From contig CM102289.1 in NCBI GenBank assembly GCA_046563655.1, positions 8,618,001 to 8,682,000 of the forward strand: DNA of 64,000 nucleotides, in the 5' to 3' direction. The notes under the pieces were generated by a model. The model ran no database searches, had not been told where the DNA came from, and was given only the letters and a program-made list of their open reading frames with translations. Shown one piece after another: positions 55,101 to 64,000 of this stretch (position 1 is the stretch's first letter; the number at the start of each line of letters is the position of its first letter). Source of the DNA: Yuukianura sp. NJ FZ-2021 (taxonomy: Eukaryota). The position numbers and the translations under genes were made by a program.

Positions 55101-56954
55101 ACTTTTTTAGAAAAACAACTTTTGAATAAAAAGTGGGTTTTGGAGGAGAGCACTTTAAACTTAAGAGGAAATGAAGCACGGGCACTTGGATAATACAAGG
55201 AAGTTGATAAAAAAAACAAATTCTTGAGTTTTGTTTAAATTTTTGAACACAAAATGAATGAATTTTTGAATTTTGAGAACAAAGTGGCGCCAAAAGCTGT
55301 CCGTAGTTTTCAGATGACTGTAAAGTTAAAGTTTAAAGATTTTGACTAACTTTGACTCATAGTGTTTTCATTGTTAGAAACTTGATGAGTGTAATTAAAA
55401 ATGGCCTCATTCAGAGGTAGCTTTCTTGAACTAAATTTTTAATAGACTTAACGGGAGAAAGAGAGACATAAAAAATATTTTATTTCTGTAACCCAAGAGA
55501 CCACAGTCATTTCAAACGCTAAAACCTATGATGCAATTGACATCAAAATTTTATTAGGTTCTCTGCCACATTACGACTTTTGTTCTGTGATTCCAAATTT
55601 AGCCGCTTTGACCCAGGTCATGTTACCGTATACTCTATAAAAAATTCTTCCAATGACTAATCTAAAATTTCAAAAATTTTTAGAAAACGGATACGTCCTC
55701 CAAGCCAAAGTTAATTTTTGTCAATAAAGTCGTAGTTTGAAAATAAAGAAATTGTGAAAAATATTTGTTATTAAAACTCAATTTTCTTGAAACCTTTTGC
55801 AAACAGTAGTTAGTGGAGAGAAAAATTATTAATTTACTATGCATTTTTGCAAAAAAAAAAAAACTGGAAGAGTTATTGAGGCCAATGCCAGAAATAAGTT
55901 TTTTTTTTTCCAAATAGTCATTAATTCTATACCTGAAAAAATCAATTCATTATTTGGCAATCGAAAAACAATATTTACCACCAAAATTTTTGCGCTTGGT
56001 GCATTTGAATTACAAAAATTGCGCAAATCTTGAAAAAAAAATTGTTACTTCGAAGTTTCGTCGTGTCTTTTAGTGCCACTTGTGCATATCAATTAAATTA
56101 GCAAAAGAATAATAAAAGTAGGAATGGAAGTAATTACCTGAATAAATTGCCGCAGTATTATCAGATTTCACTTTTTTGTTCATAGAAGTTTGTATGCCGT
56201 GAGATTTTTTTTCATAATTTGCACATCTAATAAGTTTTAAAACTAGAATTAATTTGCTCTTAAAAGATTAGTTAGTTCACTTTGCCAGTAGTTTGCACAA
56301 GTATGCTAGATTAATAGCATAACTTTTTTTTGAAAGTTTTTCGAAATTTCTTTGAAATTTTGTCTTTTACGATTCCACACTATTGTTCCTTCGTTCCATT
56401 GACAATATGGAGAGAGTTGGACTCCGAATGGTTCTCACAGGCTGGAAGCTGTTGAACAACTGAAAGGCATTACAAAACTCGAACTCAAACTTTAGCGCGT
56501 TTCCTTCCCACTGCAGTGGGGGTTCGTTTTTGAGCGTAGTATGTTAGTAAAGCTAAGCCTAAACTTGAATCATCGTAGTTCCGTACCATACCGTAGTATG
56601 AGTAGGGAACTTTTTTTCAATTGTTCCGCATCCCACAGCATTTTTTTCATTTCTTTTGTTGTTGGTTTGGTTCTCAGGTGAAGTTGGAATTGTTCAATTT
56701 TCCAACTGCAATTCAATCCAAAAACCTTCCGTTTTGTCAATTTGAAGTTTGGCCTCATTCTCACTAACAGAAGCCCAAAACTTCAAAATTTCAAAACATC
56801 CCGGGCTGTTTGACAAGTATTGTGACTGGCTAAAAGCCTGTAAGGGCAGGAGGAGGAAGATTGTCACTTGTCTGAGGATTAGTGTCTCCGGGTGGTCACA
56901 ACAATATGCGGAGGTTCTTGAAGTTTTTAAGTTGGTTACTACATGATTTAGAAC

Positions 56955-57227
56955 CAAGGTTCCTTGACAACGAAAAGGTAATTTTCTGTAACAGGTTGGG
57001 CACTACCTCGCTTGTTGACAGAAAAACGAAAAGAACAAAAAATTGGACCCAATTTTAGTACAATTCCAAAAACTTGCTACCAATTCGTATGCAAAATTTA
57101 AAAAATTCGGCTGTATTGTTATGACTACGATGCCCTGAAATGAAAAGACACTTTTTTTTTTGCAAAATCAAAAAAAACATGTGGTATTACCCAACCTGTT
57201 AAAGAAAATCAAAGTCAACAAACCTTG
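56955..57227. mobile_element. hAT-like MITE family A (opposite orientation)
   Basis: Same ends and internal IR. Flanks ATTTAGAAC/ATGTAGAAC (best match is 9 bp in this copy). Confidence 0.8.
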
Positions 57228-58089
57228 ATGTAGAACTAAGGAAAAAGAGATTCGACGGGTTTCAAGGTGTGCGGGGGATAAAATATTAACGGTAGCTGAA
57301 AAAAAAGCCTTTTTAAGGAAATTTTGAAAAGCTTTTGGAAGGAGAAATGAAAAAAAAAAGAAATCTTTTCCTATTATCAAAATTTGAAAGGAAAGTGTCA
57401 CTGAGTCCAAGATGAAGATATGAACCAAGACTAAAAGATTTATTTTCCAAGTGCTTCTGAAAAGTACTGCTCCCGGGCTGTGCCGTTTGTTAAACAATTT
57501 CGAAAATGAGAAAAAACACACACCCTTATTTTACTTAAACCAAAGAAAAATATTCTTCATTTGGATTTTCTTGGCACCGTTGTGGTTTTCGTTTCTTATG
57601 TAAAAAAAATAAAAAAGTTGGAAATTAATTGAAACAAGAAAATAAAGTTTGAATTTATTGTTACTGGAATGTTTTCATAGATTCTGAAATTTTGGAATTT
57701 TTAGTAGAGATTTTACATTTTCATGTGAAACACAAAACGATGCTAGCTTATGAGCTGTTTTCAAAATCTTGTTCAAAATATATTTGAAGAAGGCACTGTG
57801 CGTTGTAATCTTGTAAGTTCCACAACATTTTGGTTTTTCGAATGTTACTATTCCAAAATTGTTGCAATAACTATTTCGAAAACTAATTAATTGATGGTAA
57901 CGATTGACTAAAATTAATCCCCCTGTTCACCAAAACTATGAAATATTTTGAACTCTAAGTTCCTAAACAAGGCCATTCTCAAGTAATCTAATACTGTAGG
58001 TACATTTTTATGTTTTGACTTTTCACGTTTCACTTCCTCCAACAACAAAAAGTCAAAATGGTGCAATTTCAGTTTTGACCTTTGACCTT

Positions 58090-61000
58090 TTAAGAGTAGA
58101 AAGTCAAAACGGACGTTTGATTTCCACGGACGAAGAGGAACGGCGGCATGTCTGCAGTCAGAATCTCCAACCAAGCCATGTAAAGCTCCGCTGAAACGAC
58201 ATTGCGGCGTGGCATCGGTAGCGTCCTGTGATTCAATTCAAAATTTTGTGTTAAAAATCAAAATTTCATTCAAAATTTTGTATTAAAAATAAAAATTTCA
58301 GTTTTTGACGCGTCAAAATCAATGGAACAGTCAAGTTTGGAACAAAAATTATCTGGGTTCATTCGAGTTTTGAGGCCTGCAATTATGTTTGAATGAATTG
58401 CTAGGTAATGTATAGACTTAAGATTCAAATTTCGAAAAGTTAAGCCCAATTTGCGTTGTGCTGTCAAAATAAGTATTGATTTTGAATTTTGAGTCATACA
58501 TAACAACAAGCGTCGATTCCTTGGAGTACTCCAGCAGCAGTTCACGGAGTCTCAAATGGCGATTAGTTTTGTCCTTCATGACAAGGAGCTCAGATGGGTT
58601 AATCCTTGGTGCTAACATTGTTATTTACATAGCCATTATAAAACTAACTACTTAGAAAACAACTTTGGAAGATTGAAAAATCAATACAAATTTTGGTCAA
58701 GGTCAAAGGTCATACCATTTGTGTCGTCTCGTTTCATTCCAGAGAGAATTCTCTCAAAGTAGGCCTTGGTTTGTTCCATAGCTGGTCTGTTAATGTCCGG
58801 AATGATTTTTAGATCCGAAAAGTCAATTCGAAACTTCGACAAAAGTCCGGCCATCCTAAGAGAAAAGTTGAAAATTGAAAATTATTTTTCAAAATTGGAT
58901 TAAAACAACTTTTTCTAACTTTTGTTTTTAAAACTTTTTGTAATTTCATCAAACCTGCGATGTTCAGAATCAAATTCGTCTTTCCGATTGGCCAGAGCAA
59001 AAACTCGGAGCTTGCATGCAGCCCAGTTGCTTCTTGTGTTGATTATGTAAGGCAGTAGGAGCGTCAGTCCACCGTCTATCAAAATTTTGAAAGATCAATT
59101 TTTTGAAAAAAAAATTGAAAATTGAAAATTTGAATAAGCTTACCATCATAGAGCCAGTAGACATCAATGGTACCCTGCTTGTGTTTCTGTCGAAACAGTG
59201 AAATTTTTTCCATAATCTGCGGACTGATTTCTCCGCCATCGATGCTTCTTCAAAAAACAGAAATAAACAATTCATAATTTTGAATCATCACAATCGAGCA
59301 ATAATTTTTGAAACTGGGAATTTTCAAAATTTTGAACACCGCCTACTTGAAATTCATGTCCATAGTTGACGCCTGTGACGTAACTTTGGTTCCATGTGGA
59401 TCTTCCGTAGTTGCATGATCATTGCTTTCTGAAATTCAGTTTTTCATTTTATAAAATTTTGAAAAAATTTCTAATCCCTTCAAACTCACCCCTAACTAGT
59501 TTCCAAATTCCAGAATTCAGAGACTTTGATAATTCTGAAGTCACTTCCAAAAGCAAGCATGAAGCAACAAAATTTTTATAAACTATAAGCTTAACTTGTA
59601 ACTTCTAAAGCAACTTGCAAATTATTTGCATATTTTCAAATTAAAGTCGTTTTTGAATTTGTAGTGTCAATGCTAAAAATCAATTTTCAAGAAAATTTTC
59701 AGAAGCATGCCATTATTCTAAAGGAATTGCTACGAAGCCCATTGCCCAGAATAAATTCCCGAGAAACCATTGCTCCAAAAATAAACAGTTCAGCATACAG
59801 GGAAGAAACTAACTAAAGCGTAAGGAATGCACGTTTTTCGAAACTTATTTTGTGGAAATTTTGCAAAAGTTTTATTTTAGAAAAGGATTAATTCTATTCT
59901 CCGCATTGTATTGTTTCCTTTTCCAAGTTTCAGTTTTTCTAATTTTAAACTTTTCCGAAAACCAATTTCAGGGTTTTGTTTCTTACTCAGAAAATTTCCA
60001 TTGTTCTAAAAAGAGAAGTAGAATTTTTAAAATTTAATCCCTTAAAGGTGACTCCTTTTGCTGCCTATAAAACTACCGGATTTTTGTTTCCTCGGCAGTC
60101 AGTCTAGTACTGACCGAAGACCTCTTCGGATGGTCCGCAATTGCTCATGTCAACAATTGTGTCCAACTCATGCTCTGCAGTGGACCATGGAGATGTTCCG
60201 CAGTAGTTAATGCAAATTATCACTGGGAATCATCTTCATGTTTAAACTGTCAGAAATTCAACACGGACTTCTCCAATTGCACTAAAATTAGTAACTACTT
60301 GCGTCGGTAGTCAAGCTACAAGCATGTCACCGGGTATTTAGTTGCTCATATTTTTTGCAAAAATGTCGCCGCGTCAACGTCTCCAACTCTTCTCCAAGGA
60401 CGAACATCAACACGGATTTTCCAATTGCACTAAAATTAGTAACTACTTGCGTCGGTAGTCATGCGAATGTCACCGGGTATTTAGTTGCTAATGTTTTTGC
60501 AAAAATGTCGCCACATCAACATCCCCACATCGTTTCTGGAGGAATCTCAAGCACAGGATCTTCAATTGCATTAGAATTAGCAACTACTTGCGTCGGTAGT
60601 CATGCAAATGTCACCGGGTACTTAGTTGCTAATGTTTTTGCAAAAATGTCGCCGCAATTCGGAAGAAAACACCAACGAAAACTAAAAATCGCACAACTTC
60701 AGATTTTTCTGCAGCAGAACATGAAAATGTTCCGCAGTTGTTAAAATTTTAACTAACACTGGGAATAATTTTCATTTTTGAGCTGTCAGTATTTCGTCGT
60801 TTCAAAATGGGGATTCATTCGGAGCAATACATTCGGAACAATTCATTCGCAGCAATGGCGTATTACAGAAAATTTTGTTCAAAAATGATTTGGTTACCTT
60901 GAGACACGTCACAGAATGATTGATCGGACAGATTTTTTGGCAGAGAAGTGTTGGACGTACTTTTACTTTTTGAAAGATCACTGTAGTTGGATGCTGGAGA

Positions 61001-64000
61001 GAAAGTTTCTTTTCCAAATGTTATTTGCTTGCTCATGTCAAGGCCACCGGAAACCCGCAGAATACATACAGACAAATGCAAATCCAGAGATTTACTACAG
61101 AGATGAACAAAGATTAGTTAAAAACTGCAGTATTTAAACCCCGCGGAATTCAAATTTTTCAAAATTTAAGTTTTACTGTAGAACTGTGAAGTATTGGTTG
61201 AGGTCACCGGGGTCACTGGTTGCCCAATCCTCTTTGAATCCCATCATAAGAATGTTTGGTCTTAATTTTCCGACTCCATAAGCTTGGAGCAGTGCTTTTG
61301 CGCCTTCTTCAAAATCCATGTCATCGATCACACAGTAAAAAGCTTTAATTTTTTGGCCAGTGAACCACGCCTGAGCCTTTTCTTGCAAAGATGAGCGTTG
61401 ACGATTAGTCAAACTAGACTGAATTTGTAAAAAAAACAACAAGTTTTTCAAAAAAATTCTTGAAATAATTCAAGATTAGCTAAACATATGATTTCCCATA
61501 AGCTAACTTAACTGACCTAGCATATCATTTGTATAACCTAATGCCAGACATATTTTACCTTAACAATGTGCCCGCAAACAACCAGAGAAAGTTGTTTGGT
61601 GATGAGATATGCAAAATCGACGAGTGACGGGCGCGTGGCAGGCAGGCCAGACAAAACAAGAATTTGCGGGCGGTAGTTTTTGCAGTGCTCATGGACGTTG
61701 TTCAGTTGCTGAACGGAGGTCAGAGCAGTCTTGTACGTCTGCGCCTGCGTCGAGGATCCCCAGTTTACATCTAAAGTGAGCAATTAAGTTAGTTAGGTCA
61801 TGCAATTGTTGATTAAAATTTTCAAATTTTGAAATTTTAAGTTTTGAAATTTGGATACTATGTTAGTGTGACTCACCGGGTTTGTGGAAAGTGACGACCA
61901 TGTAGAGGAATAGGATGACCCCAAAGGTTAACAACGCCGTCACCCAGGAAATGAGGAACATAACTGTCATTTTTAAGAGAAATTGCAGTGAATTAAAGCT
62001 TATTTAATATGTTGTACTTGGCAAATTACCTGCCACACAGAGAACGGCTCCTACCAGACTCAACCACATATTAAAATACTGCCAAATTTAAAACAAAAAC
62101 AACTTTTAACATTTCATTGTTGTTTAAAAAGAGAATAAGTTTGAAATTCATTGTGCTACCTTGAACGTAGGTCGCCATCCGACTGGTTTGGCCAGACTGA
62201 CATGAAAGGTACTGAAGTTTACGAGGGCATAGGCCGCCAACTACCATCACAAATCACAAAATTTACGTTTTTTTAAAGTATCACTTTCAACAACAAATTT
62301 TGAACTAAAAACTGTAACTCACGAAAAAGTTGGATATCAAAGGAGCTATCAAATTTAGTTCCGCTAGAAAAAAAAATACAAAGCATTTAAATACATGGTC
62401 TGACAAGTTTCAGTTCCCAATGCTTGCATCTCTTCTGACTTACCAATAAGAATAAATCCTGTAATAAAAGTCGAAATGAATTAATTCTCAACATGAGTTT
62501 TCAAAAAATCAATTTTTTTTTAAAAATGGGTTTACCTAAAGCAATGATAAATGTCAAAATGTATCCTCGAACTGGTTCATTGTTTTTTCCATAACCTTTT
62601 CCAAATCCTTCAATGTACGGATACAATTTGTCGTTGCAAAGTGCTTGAAACACTTTTGGTGCCGACACGAATGACGCAAGCGCAGAACTCAACGTAGCAG
62701 CAAAGCATCCTGTTTCAAAATTTCCAAAGAATCAGCCATTTTCAAAAGAAGTGTAAGTTTTTTGGAAACAAAGTAATCACAGCATGTAAATGTTGTACAG
62801 TGGAGTCTCTAAATAAGGGAAAAAATCACTATTGGAGGATTGGTAGTAGGAGCCTCCCCCAGTAAGATTTCTGGTAAACGGTCAGTTTCTGCGCTGTTGC
62901 GCAGTTTCTGCGCTGTTGCGCACAAACTGCGCAACAAACTGCGCAAGAGGCGGAGCTCCTGTCCCTTATTTAGAGAATTCACTGTAGTGCCAATAATGGA
63001 TTTGACTTTACCCAAGTAAATAAGTAGTCCCCAAGCCTAGTAATTAAAAATGTCAATAATTATAGGCTTATGTTACACAACCATAAAATAACATACTAAT
63101 AGCAATGTAATAACATTGCATAATAGCATGATATTGACACTGAACGTCAAAAACCTACAGAAACGAGTTCCATAACTTGGAAGTTGTTCATGAGCCCCCA
63201 CTCGGTACACAAGTTCTCTTGTGTTCCGCTTGTTTCGTTGTAGGTGTAGCAGTTCCGGAATTCCGCCATCGTCGTGTCCCAGTCTTCTGGATCAGTCAAA
63301 TTTGAAGGCCCAATGGCATCTCTTACAACTGGAACAAAATTTACACAAAATTACAAAGTTAATCAATGAAACTTAATTAAAGTAATTAAAAATCAAAATA
63401 TTTGGATTTTGGAACCTGTAGCTCCAGCAATTAGAGCAAAGGCCAAGTAGCTTGCAGTGGTTACAAAAATAGCAAGAAGCGTCCCTTTTGGGATAGAGTA
63501 CTGCGGATCTTCCAAATTTCCTGAAATGTTTGCACTAAAAAACGAAACAAAAGTTGAAGTAAGTATATAAAATTTTGAAACTTTGCACTCTTTTTTGAAA
63601 CGCAAACTCACCCGGCCAGGATTCCAGTAGCTGCTGGAAAGAAAATTGAAAAGACAGAAAAGAAATTTTGTTCTGTGCCTTCTGTGAATCTGTAGTCAGA
63701 TGCCAAGTTTTCTACAAAAACAGAGCCTGAAATTGGGGGTTTAAAAAATTAGTTTTAAAAAAGTTGACAATTTTGAAAAAAAAAGGACAAAATTTATTGG
63801 AAACTTACTATTGTAGCCAACAAAGCCTCTACTCAGTTCGTCAGTACTAATTGGTCCAATGAAACTTCCAATCACAAAATCAACCTACCACAACAATTGT
63901 TTTAGTTAAATATTTAAATTTTTGAATTTTGAATTCGAATTTTGGTTTTTTTAATAGTTTAGAATAAAAAAAAAACTTAAATTTACCATAGCTGCTACTA
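58090..64000 (-). CDS. NKCC: SLC12 cation-chloride cotransporter, Na-K-2Cl (NKCC/Ncc69-like); 5' part lies outside the window
   Basis: Exons >64000-63987, 63884-63809, 63726-63612, 63534-63416, 63328-63159, 63036-63012, 62709-62536, 62458-62444, 62363-62323, 62240-62160, 62078-62030, 61963-61877, 61770-61559, 61418-61177, 61094-60898, 59428-59347, 59247-59144, 59075-58955, 58855-58716, 58611-58500, 58225-58090. Motifs [97 protein letters not shown]. Confidence 0.95.
60066..60104 (+). promoter_or_regulatory. Candidate TATA + Initiator core promoter for the miRNA cluster
   Basis: TATAAAA at 60066-60072 followed 31-35 nt later by GCAGTCAGTC (arthropod Inr consensus TCAGTY), ~75 nt upstream of the first hairpin. 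Confidence 0.5.
60175..60253 (+). ncRNA. Mir-3: pre-miRNA-like hairpin, miR-3/miR-309 family (predicted 3p UCACUGGGAAUCAUCUUCAUGU, 60220-60241)
   Basis: CATGGAGATGTTCCGCAGT pairs with ACTGGGAATCATCTTCATG, lower stem CTGCAG/CTGTCAG. Seed CACUGGG is that of miR-3/309/318. Confidence 0.75.
60277..60360 (+). ncRNA. Mir-36: pre-miRNA-like hairpin, miR-36 family (predicted 3p UCACCGGGUAUUUAGUUGCUCA, 60327-60348)
   Basis: 5' arm TAGTAACTACTTGCGTCGGT pairs with 3' arm ACCGGGTATTTAGTTGCT, TTGCA/TGCAA basal stem. The 5' end UCACCGGGU matches nematode miR-35/36. Confidence 0.75.
60425..60502 (+). ncRNA. Mir-36: pre-miRNA-like hairpin, miR-36 family (predicted 3p UCACCGGGUAUUUAGUUGCUAA, 60470-60491)
   Basis: ATTAGTAACTA..CGGT.GTCAT-loop-ATGTCACCG..TAGTTGCTAAT. 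Paralog of the adjacent hairpins. Confidence 0.78.
60566..60643 (+). ncRNA. Mir-36: pre-miRNA-like hairpin, miR-36 family (predicted 3p UCACCGGGUACUUAGUUGCUAA, 60611-60632)
   Basis: Perfect 11-bp ATTAGCAACTA/TAGTTGCTAAT stem continuing to CGGT/ACCG and CAT/ATG around a GCAA loop. Confidence 0.78.
60709..60789 (+). ncRNA. Mir-3: pre-miRNA-like hairpin, second miR-3/miR-309 family paralog (predicted 3p ACACUGGGAAUAAUUUUCAUUU, from ~60756)
   Basis: ATGAAAATGTTCCGCAGT pairs with ACTGGGAATAATTTTCAT. Same CTGCAG/CTGTCAG base as 60175-60253, with structure-preserving substitutions. Confidence 0.7.
62798..62984. mobile_element. Tc1/mariner (pogo-like) MITE in an NKCC intron
   Basis: 23-bp TIR CAGTGGAGTCTCTAAATAAGGGA versus CAGTGAATTCTCTAAATAAGGGA (reverse complement of right end). 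TA on both flanks. Internal TGCGCA-rich repeats. Confidence 0.75.

Noticed and set aside
60260..60657. Repeat-spacer-repeat pattern resembling a CRISPR array, and the overlapping 129-aa ORF 60355-60744
   Set aside because: Repeats are ~100 nt, the context is eukaryotic and there are no cas genes. The units are better explained as pre-miRNA hairpins, and the ORF is just translation of the repeat from a TTG start.
12297..64000. Adjacent same-strand NKCC and CLCA genes as a 'chloride-handling cluster'
   Set aside because: About 12 kb apart with nothing in the sequence indicating co-regulation, and this CLCA may not regulate chloride channels at all.

Overview
AT-rich, intron-containing eukaryotic DNA. 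It is arthropod-like; a springtail/basal hexapod is plausible, but that is only inference. From left to right: (1) a tandem array of five intact two-exon gustatory-receptor-like (7TM chemoreceptor) genes on + (0.4-11.2 kb), interrupted between copies 4 and 5 by a small spliced gene for a secreted BP74-N-terminal-domain protein of the type I know from soil bacteria and Dictyostelium (candidate horizontal transfer); (2) an 11-coding-exon CLCA-family gene on - (46111 to 12297, ~1212 aa) with degenerate metalloprotease and MIDAS motifs, a TM helix, a PDZ-type C-terminus and a 17.6-kb first coding intron; (3) the 3' part of an SLC12/NKCC-type cation-chloride cotransporter on - (64000 to 58090) with many tiny exons. 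The most striking element outside the ORF track lies antisense inside an NKCC intron (60.06-60.79 kb): a TATA/Inr-like promoter followed by five pre-miRNA-like hairpins whose 3' arms carry the miR-3/miR-309 seed (CACUGGG, two copies) and the miR-36 seed (CACCGGG, three copies). Several non-autonomous DNA transposons (hAT-type with 8-bp TSDs, Tc1/mariner-type with TA TSDs) are scattered through the window. All exon boundaries were read by eye from GT/AG sites and frame continuity.
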